Source of the DNA: Candidatus Latescibacterota bacterium
GTDB lineage: Bacteria; Latescibacterota; UBA2968; UBA8231
Reading direction: 5' to 3'
NCBI GenBank assembly: GCA_965248265.1
Contig: CBDFJF010000002.1
Span: forward strand, 3,328,001-3,392,000
Length of the DNA stretch: 64,000 nucleotides
This document shows positions 19,349 through 28,190 of this stretch, piece after piece. The notes below the pieces were generated by a model, which was not told the origin of the DNA, did no database searches, and worked only from the letters and a program-made list of their open reading frames with translations. The stretch's first letter is position 1; each line of letters starts with the position of its first letter. The position numbers and the translations under genes are program-made.

Positions 19349-20236
19349 GTGCAGCAAGACGCTTCCGTTCCCCCCACTTTGGTCGAGATGAGAGATGTGA
19401 CGCTGGAGGTCGATGGACAGGTCTATCTGAGTCAGGCCAACTTGGAAGTCCGGGTCGGCGAGTCGCTGATCGTGGCCGGCCTTCCCGGATCGGGTAAGTC
19501 GTTTGTGATCAGGCTCATGCTCGGGCTGCCGGGGCTGGGTTCCGGATTGAGATCCCATCTGGAGGGAGAGGTACTCGTCGATGGTGTTGATGTGGCGGCC
19601 ACGTCAGGTCCGGAACTTCAACAGCTGCGCTCCCGCATGGGTTCCGTTTTGCGTGATGGAGGGCTCATCGAGAACATGGATGTACGTCGTAATATCACGT
19701 TGCCGCTGACGTATCACCACCGCACAAGCATGGGCAAGGCAGACATCGATGAGCGCTGTGATCTGCTGCTACAGGATCTGGGGCTGTCCCAACTCAACAG
19801 GCCGGGATTGCGCCCGGTCGGACTCAACAGAGAAGAGCGTATCTACGTGTCCCTGGCCAGAGCGCTGGCCAACGAGCCTTTCCTGCTCTTGATGGATGAT
19901 CCGGCGGCAGGTTTGAGTCCCGGTTGTGCGGCCCAGTTGAGTGATGCGTGCTTCGGCTACTATCCACGGTTTCCCACCCACCCTGAAACACAACCACCGA
20001 GCACGCTGCCGCTCACCCGTGTGACTACAACGTCGGATATCGGTCGCTATATGGCGTTCGGCGATCGCTTCGTCGTTCTCCATGAGCAGCAGCTCCACGA
20101 GGTCGGCGGGCGTGATGCCGTGGCGGCGAGTTCGGAAGCCCATGTGAGGATGTTACGTTCAGAGACTACCCAGGGTGCCAGCGGGGAGGGAAGTGCATTG
20201 CAGTCGCCGATGACACAACCTCCAGTCGAAGCCTGA
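19349..20236 (+). CDS. mlaF: MlaF-like ABC ATP-binding protein with degenerate motifs
   Basis: Walker A GLPGSGKS; sits between mlaE and mlaD; signature, Walker B and H-loop are altered. Confidence 0.7.
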   Translation: MQQDASVPPTLVEMRDVTLEVDGQVYLSQANLEVRVGESLIVAGLPGSGKSFVIRLMLGLPGLGSGLRSHLEGEVLVDGVDVAATSGPELQQLRSRMGSVLRDGGLIENMDVRRNITLPLTYHHRTSMGKADIDERCDLLLQDLGLSQLNRPGLRPVGLNREERIYVSLARALANEPFLLLMDDPAAGLSPGCAAQLSDACFGYYPRFPTHPETQPPSTLPLTRVTTTSDIGRYMAFGDRFVVLHEQQLHEVGGRDAVAASSEAHVRMLRSETTQGASGEGSALQSPMTQPPVEA

Positions 20237-20258
20237 AGAAGAGGGAGAAAAGTAGACG

Positions 20259-21221
20259 GTGAGTGAACGCGGAAACAAAGTGATGCTGAACGAGTCGAAG
20301 GCCGGGCACATCATGGTCGGCCTTTTCGTCGTCGTGGCAGCGGTGGCGTTTGGGTGGCTGCTGATCAGCCAGCAGCAGGGTCCGGACGACTACTCCATCG
20401 TCGCTGAATTCGACACCATGGGCAGCATTAACGAAGCGACCAAAGTCAAGCTGAGAGGATTTACCATAGGCCAGGTCAAGGACGTTGATTTTCGTCCCCG
20501 GCCCCCGAGCGGGGAAGCCTACTTCCTGGTTGAGCTGGGCATCGACAAGCGCTATGAGGTCCCCCGGGGAACGATCGCGGAAATCCGCGGCAGTGGGCTG
20601 GTTGGGGAGGCGTTCGTCCATCTGGACGTCACTGAAGCTGGAGTGCTGCCGCTGGAAAAAGGGGAGCGAATCAAGGGTCGGTCAGACCCCGGGATGAAGG
20701 ATCTGACCGCGAAGATCAAGGACGCGGCGCTAAAGCTGGGGGGAGCCGGCAGTTCGCTGGCGAACGCCGATTTGGGGAACAGGCTGGGAAGCATTAGCAA
20801 GAACGTCTCACGTATCGCCGACGACCTGGGTCGAGTGACGCGCAGTGCTGACAGCCTGCTCATTGTCAGTCGTCACATGATGCACGGCATGGAGCCAGGG
20901 CTGCAGCGGACCGTCGACGGCATGGATCGCAGTCTGGCACATCTGGCCATGACCCTGAGCCGTACGGACACACTGATCGCGGGTACCAGCGAGGATGTGC
21001 GCAGTTCCGTACGCGCGCTGCGCTTGATGGTAGAGCGCATGGACAAGGTACTCCAGCGCGTCGATACGCTGGTGCAGTACAAAGAACAGGAGATCGACGA
21101 GACGCTGACCAATCTGCACCAGGCATCATCAGCTGTGCGCGAAATAACGCAGCACCCCTGGAAGCTCATCACCGGTCAGGGGATCGAGGACGACTCTAAC
21201 GGGGCCGAGGACTCAAACTAG
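20259..21221 (+). CDS. mlaD: MlaD/MCE-family protein
   Basis: N-terminal TM; MCE domain VKLRGFTIGQV...IRGSGLVGE; helical tail ending in HPWKLI. Confidence 0.9.
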   Translation: MSERGNKVMLNESKAGHIMVGLFVVVAAVAFGWLLISQQQGPDDYSIVAEFDTMGSINEATKVKLRGFTIGQVKDVDFRPRPPSGEAYFLVELGIDKRYEVPRGTIAEIRGSGLVGEAFVHLDVTEAGVLPLEKGERIKGRSDPGMKDLTAKIKDAALKLGGAGSSLANADLGNRLGSISKNVSRIADDLGRVTRSADSLLIVSRHMMHGMEPGLQRTVDGMDRSLAHLAMTLSRTDTLIAGTSEDVRSSVRALRLMVERMDKVLQRVDTLVQYKEQEIDETLTNLHQASSAVREITQHPWKLITGQGIEDDSNGAEDSN

Positions 21222-21234
21222 GAATCAGAGGGCC

Positions 21235-21813
21235 GTGGACGGCGAGACCAGCATTCGGGAATTGCGGCAGCAGCTGATTCGGGCAAGGCAAGAGTGTGAC
21301 CCGGATCTGCTGCAGCATGTGCTGGAGGGTGTGTCCAGCCTTGCGGGAGACGGCTATCGGTGCTGTCTTGTGGACTACTCCGCCTGCAAACCGGCTGCCT
21401 ATGTCCGCGTCGTCGGTTTCGAGCGCTCCCGCGTCAAAACCCAGCTGGAGTTCCCGATCGATCCAGGATTGAGTTCCGAGCAATGGCTGCCCCTGTCGCA
21501 TCTGGCAGATTATGAAGAAGCCGCCGATCCTGAGAGCATCAAGCGCATCTATGACGGTGTGTCTGCGTACGTGCACCATCCAGAGGCTGAATTGGTTGAG
21601 GAAACGCCGCAACTGGAGGCCTTCTTACCCGTCGCTGTGCCGAGCGCCGGCAAGGCAGCTGCGCATCGGGGGGCCAAGGGGCACGCGAAGTCCGGGCGCG
21701 ACAAGGTCAGGAGACCCATGCCACGCTCGCACATCGCATGGTGGTTCTTTGCCGGCGCCCTGATGGCGGTGAGCCTGATGATTTTCGCTGGCGCCAGCCG
21801 GACGTTCATGTAG
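21235..21813 (+). CDS. hypothetical protein with C-terminal TM anchor
   Basis: GTG with GAGG RBS immediately after mlaD; C-terminal hydrophobic helix. Confidence 0.6.
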   Translation: MDGETSIRELRQQLIRARQECDPDLLQHVLEGVSSLAGDGYRCCLVDYSACKPAAYVRVVGFERSRVKTQLEFPIDPGLSSEQWLPLSHLADYEEAADPESIKRIYDGVSAYVHHPEAELVEETPQLEAFLPVAVPSAGKAAAHRGAKGHAKSGRDKVRRPMPRSHIAWWFFAGALMAVSLMIFAGASRTFM

Positions 21814-21835
21814 GGGATTGGAGAGTGGTGTCGAT

Positions 21836-22020
21836 ATGAGTGACGACGTCAAGGCTTGCCTGGAGGAGTGGGTTGAAGGCGGCGAATCGATGGAGGGCTT
21901 CGTCCTGCGGTACGCCCACCTGGAGGGTATCGCCAAGCCCTGGCCGCAATGCAGGCGTTCACGGGAGCCTTCATGATGGCGATGTTCGTGGCCCTATTCG
22001 GCAAGAGGATGACCCGGTGA
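21836..22020 (+). pseudogene. internally deleted paralog of the 14030-15040 pentapeptide/ion-channel gene
   Basis: LEEWVEGGESMEGFVLRYAHLEG matches LEEWAESGQSMEGFSLRYASLEG; after a frame change ALAAMQAFTGAFMMAMFVALFGKRMTR* matches PLAAAQAFIGAFMMALFVVVFGKKMTRS. Confidence 0.85.
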
Positions 22021-22679
22021 TTGTGAGGTGCGTGATGATTCTTGCCATCATCCTCGGCGTTGCCAGTGCCGTTGGTGGGCAACCCCTTACTGCCGCCCAA
22101 GAGGCCTTCCAAAAGGGTTACGCCTATCACACAGGCGAAGGTCAGGAAGCCAATCAGGATCTGGCACGACGATACTATCTTCAGGCAGTGAAACTCGACC
22201 CGACGCTGTTCCCGGCGTTGTCGAATCTGGGCTTGATTTACTATGGAACCAAGAATTACAAAAAGGCCAAATACTACTACTCTGAGGCGATCAAGGCGGC
22301 ACGTGGCAATGACGGCATTACCGGGCGCGAAGAGGCCAAGGTTTCCAGTGACCTGGGTGGCTGTTATTTCCAGGAGGGAAACTTGCTAGAGTCGGAGAAA
22401 TGGTTTCGCGCCGCGATCGCCCAAGATACCGGTCTCGTGGAGGCCCACTACAACCTCATCAACCTGCTGTTGAAGCAAGATCGGAGGGATGAGGCGCGCA
22501 TGGCCATGGCCGTGGCCGAACGGGTAGCCCCCAGCACCCGCTACGGCTTATTCGAAGGACGTCTTCGCGGAAAGCAGAGCTGGGATGAATGGAACCCGGC
22601 ATGGGTCAAGGTCATTGCTGGCGCCGTCCCCCTCGGCCTCCTCGTGTTGCTACTATTGCGCTGGTTGAAGAATCGCTAA
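22017..22679 (+). CDS. exported TPR/Sel1-repeat protein with C-terminal membrane anchor
   Basis: GTG overlapping the upstream TGA; signal peptide; ALSNLG.IY and AHYNL TPR motifs; C-terminal TM followed by a basic tail. Confidence 0.75.
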   Translation: MIVRCVMILAIILGVASAVGGQPLTAAQEAFQKGYAYHTGEGQEANQDLARRYYLQAVKLDPTLFPALSNLGLIYYGTKNYKKAKYYYSEAIKAARGNDGITGREEAKVSSDLGGCYFQEGNLLESEKWFRAAIAQDTGLVEAHYNLINLLLKQDRRDEARMAMAVAERVAPSTRYGLFEGRLRGKQSWDEWNPAWVKVIAGAVPLGLLVLLLLRWLKNR

Positions 22680-22694
22680 AGGTGTGCGTATAAT
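22665..22694 (+). promoter_or_regulatory. sigma70 promoter of the B12 operon
   Basis: TTGAAG-18-TATAAT directly before the riboswitch. Confidence 0.6.
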
Positions 22695-22699
22695 TGATG

Positions 22700-22870
22700 T
22701 GTTCGGCTCCGTGGTAATAGGGAAGGCGGTGCAAATCCGCCGCGGTCGCGCCACTGTAACCGGCGAGTTGTCCTAGCAAACGAATCCGCAGCATCTCCAC
22801 TGACTCCGATTCGGAGTTGGGAAGGAGGCGGAAGCGTTTTAGCCGGAAGCCAGGAGACCTGCCCGGAGTC
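22700..22870 (+). ncRNA. cobalamin (B12) riboswitch
   Basis: AATAGGGAA-GGCGGTGCAAATCCGCC-GCGGTCGCGCCACTGTAA, CCACTG, TGGGAAGG and B12 box AAGCCAGGAGACCTGCC; lies upstream of a B12-type ABC transporter. Confidence 0.95.
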
Positions 22871-22975
22871 TGGAGTTCAGTATCGCCTTCGCGGGAAAGG
22901 CCGACCTCCACCAGGGCTGTATCGTGGCCTGTAGACGAGTCGAGCCGACCTGCGTTCCTGGAGGTCGGCTTTTCT

Positions 22976-23827
22976 ATGAGTGACGTGACTGTCCCCGTGC
23001 CTTCGTTCGAACTGATCTCGGTCTCGGCCGGGTACCGAGCCGGTGAGACCGTGATCGAGCAGATTGATCTGCGGGTGGAGGAAGGCTCGTTCACGGGACT
23101 GATTGGACCGAACGGGTGTGGCAAGACAACGCTCTTAAGGGTGATGTCGGGGATCATCAGGCCGGCTGTGGGTACCGTTTTCCTAGACGGCAAGATGCTC
23201 GAACAGTTGTCAAGGCGGGAAATCGCCTGTCATTGTGCGGTGGTGCCCCAGGAAGCACCCATCTCCTTCGCTTTCACGGTGCGTGAGACGGTCACCATGG
23301 GCAGACATCCCTACGTCGGCCGCTTCCGCTCACTCAGCGACGTCGACGAGGGCATCGTCGATGAGGTGATGGCCCGTACGGCTACCGACCATCTAGCGGA
23401 TCGCAGCGTCCTGGAACTGTCCGGGGGCGAGCGTCAACGCGTCATCATCGCCCGAGCCTTGTGTCAGCGACCGCAGGTACTGCTCCTCGACGAACCCACA
23501 GCCCATCTCGATATCAATCATCAGATAGAGCTTCTTGAACTCCTGAGCGAACTCAGCGACAAACAGCGACTGACGATCGTTTGTGCGACCCACGACCTCA
23601 ACCACGCCTCCGCGTACTGTGACCGGATTCTGCTGATGCAAGATGGACGTTCACGTGCCTTTGGCACTCCGGGGCAGGTCATCACACGTGACGCCATTCT
23701 GGATACCTACGGCGTGGATGTTCATATCGAGTATGGTGATGACCGGCCGTTCATCGTGCCGGTGTCTTCACGCCGCCGCCTGGCTGCCGCTTCAGCTGCC
23801 TCCAGCTCTGCGGGATTCGGGATATGA
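22976..23827 (+). CDS. btuD: cobalamin ABC transporter ATP-binding protein
   Basis: GPNGCGKT, LSGGERQR, LLLDEP, THD; riboswitch context. Confidence 0.85.
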   Translation: MSDVTVPVPSFELISVSAGYRAGETVIEQIDLRVEEGSFTGLIGPNGCGKTTLLRVMSGIIRPAVGTVFLDGKMLEQLSRREIACHCAVVPQEAPISFAFTVRETVTMGRHPYVGRFRSLSDVDEGIVDEVMARTATDHLADRSVLELSGGERQRVIIARALCQRPQVLLLDEPTAHLDINHQIELLELLSELSDKQRLTIVCATHDLNHASAYCDRILLMQDGRSRAFGTPGQVITRDAILDTYGVDVHIEYGDDRPFIVPVSSRRRLAAASAASSSAGFGI

Positions 23828-24756
23828 GGCGCCCGTTGTGGGCGTGGATGCTGGCAGCTGTCATGGCGCTGCCCGCGATTTTGGTGTCTTACGTGAGTGC
23901 TCAAGCCGGCGACGGTGAGGGTCTCTTCAGCGCAGTCGATGCCCGCGGTGTCACCGTCGATCTCGCTCGGCAACCCATGCGGTTGGTGTCGCTGGCGCCG
24001 AGTAACACCGAACTGCTCTTTGCCCTTGGGGTCGGTCGGCGAATCGTGGGCGTGACGGAATACTGTGATTTTCCCGATGAGGCCGGGGCCATCGCGAAAG
24101 TAGCTTCGTACTCTGACATGAGCGTGGAGCGGATCATGGCGGTGAATCCCGACCTGGTCCTGGCGGCCCGCGGCAATGACCTGGAGGGCCTCAGAAGCCT
24201 GCAGGAGCTGGGGGTGCCGGCCGTTGCCCTCGATGTGCAGACCATTCCGGAGTTACTGAGCGCCGTCGGGAGGGTGGGACGATTGCTTGGAGTCACAGCG
24301 GCGGCGGATTCTCTGAGTCGCGGCTTGAGCCGACGTGCGGCCACTGTTTCCGCGTCAATCCAGGATATTCCGATCGTTCAAAGGCCAAGGGTAATGTGGG
24401 GTTACTGGGGGGATCCAATTTTCACGGCGGGACCCGGATCGCTGATCGATCACCTCATCCGTGAGGCGGGAGGCATCAATGTCGCTGGCGAGGCGCCAGT
24501 GAGATGGCCCCAGGTCAGTCTCGAGTCGGTAGTGGATTGGGCCCCCGATGTTCTCGTCACCACGCACCTGCCGTCCGATTTCACGGCCATGTCCTCGGAA
24601 ATCGAAAAGCTGCGTGCGATGGATGGCTGGCGCTCACTTCCGGCGGTACGAGAGGGTCACGTATATCACATCGAGGCCAACGTCTTCACGCGCTCAGGTC
24701 CGCGTATGGTCGAAGGCCTGGAGCGACTCGCAGCCATCCTGAAGACGATTGACTGA
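23824..24756 (+). CDS. btuF: cobalamin-binding periplasmic protein
   Basis: Signal peptide; RLVSLAPSNTELLFALG, VGVTEYCDFP, PDLV, RSGPR. Confidence 0.88.
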   Translation: MRRPLWAWMLAAVMALPAILVSYVSAQAGDGEGLFSAVDARGVTVDLARQPMRLVSLAPSNTELLFALGVGRRIVGVTEYCDFPDEAGAIAKVASYSDMSVERIMAVNPDLVLAARGNDLEGLRSLQELGVPAVALDVQTIPELLSAVGRVGRLLGVTAAADSLSRGLSRRAATVSASIQDIPIVQRPRVMWGYWGDPIFTAGPGSLIDHLIREAGGINVAGEAPVRWPQVSLESVVDWAPDVLVTTHLPSDFTAMSSEIEKLRAMDGWRSLPAVREGHVYHIEANVFTRSGPRMVEGLERLAAILKTID

Positions 24757-25795
24757 AACGACCTCTACGCATCGAGTTCCCAATCATCCAATCCGGCGCC
24801 TGGCAGTGGCCATTCCGTTGCTGTGTGGGGTGTTGGTTTGTCTGATGCTGATGTCGCTGGGCATCGGCCCCGTTTCCGTGGAGCCATCCAAGGTCGTAGC
24901 CCTCTTGCTGGCTCCTGATGCCGACGACGAGTCGACTGAAGCAGAGGCCATCATCGTGCGTACGATTCGTCCGCCCCGGGTTCTGTTGGCCGTCCTCATT
25001 GGAGCCCTGCTGTCGTTGAGTGGGGCCGTGATGCAGGGGCTCTTTCAGAATCCGATGGCCGATCCGTATGTCGTGGGCGTGTCCTCCGGGGCGGCGTTGG
25101 GGGCAACAATCGCGCTGTCGCTTTCACTCGAAGCATGGCTGTGGGGCATTCACTCGGTATCGTTGTTCGCTTTCGTAGGGGCTCTTGGGGTGACTCTGAT
25201 CGTGTACGGTATCTCCGTGCGGGGCGGCAAGGTGCCGGTGTCGGTCTTGCTGTTGACGGGGGTCGCCATCGGCTCACTGGCGGCTGCGTTGACTTCCTTC
25301 CTGATGATGATGAGCAACCAGAATCTACACCGTATTCTGTATTGGCTCCTCGGTGGATTGGCCTCACGCCGCTGGGAGCATGTGGAGATGGTGTGGCCTT
25401 ACGCTCTTGTCGGCGTGGTCGTGTTGCAGGTATTCGCGCGCGATCTCAACCTCCTGCTGCAGGGAGAGGAGAGTGCTCAACACCTGGGAGTCAATGTCGA
25501 GCGGGTCAAACTGCTGTTGCTGGGTACTGCCGCTTTGTTGACTGCCGCCGCCGTGGCTGTCAGTGGGATTGTCGGCTTCGTCGGTCTGTTGGTGCCGCAC
25601 ATCATGCGCTTGCTCGTCGGTCCGGATCATCGCAGGTTGTTTCCTGCGTGTGCTCTGGGGGGAGCCATCCTCGTCGTCGGGGCCGATATCCTGGCCCGAA
25701 CGTTGATTGCGCCAGCAGAGATTCCCCTTGGGGTGATCACGTCGATGCTGGGTTGTCCTTTTTTCCTGTTCCTCCTTCACCGCAGGCGTCTTTAA
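24749..25795 (+). CDS. btuC: cobalamin ABC transporter permease (FecCD/BtuC family)
   Basis: QGLFQNPMADP, GEESAQHLG, GFVGLLVPH, EIPLG. Confidence 0.88.
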   Translation: MTETTSTHRVPNHPIRRLAVAIPLLCGVLVCLMLMSLGIGPVSVEPSKVVALLLAPDADDESTEAEAIIVRTIRPPRVLLAVLIGALLSLSGAVMQGLFQNPMADPYVVGVSSGAALGATIALSLSLEAWLWGIHSVSLFAFVGALGVTLIVYGISVRGGKVPVSVLLLTGVAIGSLAAALTSFLMMMSNQNLHRILYWLLGGLASRRWEHVEMVWPYALVGVVVLQVFARDLNLLLQGEESAQHLGVNVERVKLLLLGTAALLTAAAVAVSGIVGFVGLLVPHIMRLLVGPDHRRLFPACALGGAILVVGADILARTLIAPAEIPLGVITSMLGCPFFLFLLHRRRL

Positions 25796-26239
25796 ATGGA
25801 GATTTCGAGAAGGAGGTTCCTACGCGGTCTGCCCGCTACCGTCGCGGGTATTACAGCTGGTGCGACGCTCGAGAGTACAACAGGTTGCGCGATCGCGGCG
25901 AGTTATCACGTGACCGCTGTGAAAGGGCGTGTGGCGATCTCCGTAAGCGAGGTGCAGGCTCGTATGGGGGAGCAGGACGCGTTGATCCTGCGGGGGACAG
26001 ACCTGCCAGAGGCCGTATTGCTCTTGAGGCGACCCTCCGGCTTCACCGCTTTGGGTACGACGTGCACCCACCTGGGATGCTCGGTGCGCCCCGGAAAGGG
26101 GCAACTGCAGTGCCCATGTCATGGTTCGAGTTTCGATCTTACGGGAGCTGTCGTTCGCGGGCCGGCTCAACGACCACTCAATCGGTACCCTGTATCGGTG
26201 AGCGGGGATGAACTGTTCGTGAGGGTGGAGGGGGTGTGA
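25796..26239 (+). CDS. Tat-exported Rieske [2Fe-2S] protein
   Basis: SRRRFL twin-arginine motif; CTHLGC and CPCHGS; GPA.RPL. Confidence 0.9.
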   Translation: MEISRRRFLRGLPATVAGITAGATLESTTGCAIAASYHVTAVKGRVAISVSEVQARMGEQDALILRGTDLPEAVLLLRRPSGFTALGTTCTHLGCSVRPGKGQLQCPCHGSSFDLTGAVVRGPAQRPLNRYPVSVSGDELFVRVEGV

Positions 26240-26242
26240 AGG

Positions 26243-26815
26243 ATGGTCGGGGACATGGTTGTAGTCTCCGGATTGCCGCGATCAGGCACATCGATGATGA
26301 TGCGTATGCTGCAGGCCGGTGGACTTCAACCGTTGACAGATGGTGAGCGGGCGGCCGATGAGGACAACCCCAAAGGTTATTACGAGTACGCTCCAGTCAA
26401 GCGACTGGCCAAGGACAATTCCTGGGTCGGCGAGGCACGGGGAAAGGTTGTGAAGGTCGTTTCACGGTTGTTGTATGAACTTCCCGAGGACCACAGTTAC
26501 GACGTCCTTTTCATGCAGCGAGATATTCGAGAGATCCTGACTTCCCAGGAGGTCATGCTCGCACGCATGGGGACGGCGGTTGCGGTATCGGAGCAACAGC
26601 AGCTGCGCTTGCGATTCGAGCGCCATCTGGTAGAATTGGAAGAGTGGCTCGCTCAGCGCAGCTCCTTTCGGGTACTACAGGTAGCGTTTGCCCGCGTGCA
26701 TGAAGATCCATTGGAAGCGGCAACGCGGGTGCGCGATTTTCTGGATGAAGACCTCGATACCCAAACGATGGCCGAGGCGGTAGACGAAAAGTTGTACCGC
26801 CAGCGCGAAAAGTAA
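26243..26815 (+). CDS. sulfotransferase-family protein
   Basis: VSGLPRSGTSMMM PAPS-binding loop; NPKGYYE. Confidence 0.85.
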   Translation: MVGDMVVVSGLPRSGTSMMMRMLQAGGLQPLTDGERAADEDNPKGYYEYAPVKRLAKDNSWVGEARGKVVKVVSRLLYELPEDHSYDVLFMQRDIREILTSQEVMLARMGTAVAVSEQQQLRLRFERHLVELEEWLAQRSSFRVLQVAFARVHEDPLEAATRVRDFLDEDLDTQTMAEAVDEKLYRQREK

Positions 26816-26902
26816 CGGGGGTCAAGTCCCGGAATGCGGATCGCACAGGGGTTGATGCACAGGCTTTGATATAGTGGGGTTTATATAGATGGGGTTTGTA
26901 TA

Positions 26903-27472
26903 ATGGTAACACTGTCGAAAATCTACACACGCACGGGGGACAACGGGACTACCAGACTCGGCAACAACGAGGCCGTTTCGAAGACCGATGTACGCATCGA
27001 GTGCTGCGGTGCAGTCGATGAACTCAACTGCATTTTGGGATTGGCGCTCATCAGTGATCTGCCGTCCGCCGCAGCCGATCTGGTGGCTTCAATACAAAAC
27101 GACCTCTTCGATCTCGGGGCCGATCTCTGCCTGCCTGACGGGAACACGGGTTTACGGGTTTCGGCGCGCCAGGTTTCGCGGCTCGAGGAAGCCATCGATC
27201 AAATCAACGCCAACCTCGAACCGCTGAACAGTTTTCTGCTTCCCGGAGGTTCCAGGGCGGCATCCTGGCTGCACCTGGCAAGGGCGGTGTGTCGCCGAGC
27301 AGAGCGTCGTGTGTGGCAGCTGCGTGAAACCGAAACCGTAAACGAGAATGTCAGTTCTTATCTTAACCGTCTCTCCGACCTGTTGTTTGTGATGGCTCGC
27401 AACGCCAATGATCATGGGCGCGCCGACATTCTGTGGGAACCGGGACGATTTCGCGGAGGCGATGAGGACTGA
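26903..27472 (+). CDS. pduO: cob(I)alamin adenosyltransferase, PduO type
   Basis: KIYTRTGDNGTT, DELN, QNDLFDLGADL, RAVCRRAER, YLNRLSDLLF. Confidence 0.93.
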   Translation: MVTLSKIYTRTGDNGTTRLGNNEAVSKTDVRIECCGAVDELNCILGLALISDLPSAAADLVASIQNDLFDLGADLCLPDGNTGLRVSARQVSRLEEAIDQINANLEPLNSFLLPGGSRAASWLHLARAVCRRAERRVWQLRETETVNENVSSYLNRLSDLLFVMARNANDHGRADILWEPGRFRGGDED

Positions 27473-27521
27473 GTACTGCTATAAAGAGTACACCTATGAG
27501 ACCTATCTCCAGGAGTTACCG

Positions 27522-28178
27522 ATGATCCAGCACAGGCGTTTGCTGCTGCTCATTCCGTGCGCAGCTTCCCTCGCAGTTTCCCTGTCGTTGTCCGCTTGCA
27601 GTCAGAATTACAGTCCCAACGAGGTGGATGAGGCCCTGAAGGAGAAAGGACTCTCTCGACTTGAGGCAGTCGCCGCGTCGGAAGGACAACGTAGAGAAGC
27701 CGAGCGTATGTCCGTGCCTGCGTACGGCGCTGGTGGGGAGGAATTGAGCCTGCCCGGGTTGAAAGCCTTGGTTCCGGCAGGCTGGCAGCGACGGTCTCCT
27801 TCGAGTTCCATGCGAGTCGCCGAATTCGCCTTGGAAGCCAACGATGGCGGCTCGGAAGAGGCATCATTGGCCGTGTTCAAGGGTCCGATGGGATCGGTCG
27901 AGGGCAACATCGATCGCTGGATTGGCCAGTTCGATGATGTGACCGGAAGCGAGCGTTGGGAGGTGTCCCTCGATGGCGGAACACGAGTGACGATGCTGGA
28001 TGTCTCCGGCACCTTCACCGGCTCGATGGGCAGCACCGGACGCCAGGCAGGCTACCGCCTGCTGGGGGCCATCGTCGGTGAGGGATCGTATTACCTGAAG
28101 TTACTGGGGCCTGGCTCAACGGTTGGAGAGTGGAAGGCGAGTTTCGACGAGTTCATCGGCAGCATCTCTACGAACTAG
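27522..28178 (+). CDS. putative lipoprotein of unknown function
   Basis: AGGAG RBS; lipobox LSAC; PAGW...SSMR.AEF, GS..GNIDRW.GQF and Y.KL.GP motifs. Confidence 0.7.
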   Translation: MIQHRRLLLLIPCAASLAVSLSLSACSQNYSPNEVDEALKEKGLSRLEAVAASEGQRREAERMSVPAYGAGGEELSLPGLKALVPAGWQRRSPSSSMRVAEFALEANDGGSEEASLAVFKGPMGSVEGNIDRWIGQFDDVTGSERWEVSLDGGTRVTMLDVSGTFTGSMGSTGRQAGYRLLGAIVGEGSYYLKLLGPGSTVGEWKASFDEFIGSISTN

Positions 28179-28190
28179 GCAGCCATCACC

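Noticed and set aside
21840-22016. N-terminal extension of the TPR protein as given by the ORF track
   Set aside because: This stretch is the out-of-frame pentapeptide-channel relic; the signal peptide starts near 22017.
25135-26211. Long alternative-frame ORFs (this 358-aa one, 282-1028 minus, 55090-55890 minus and similar)
   Set aside because: They overlap well-supported genes and have Arg/Ser/Pro-rich composition or antisense position typical of shadow frames in GC-rich DNA.
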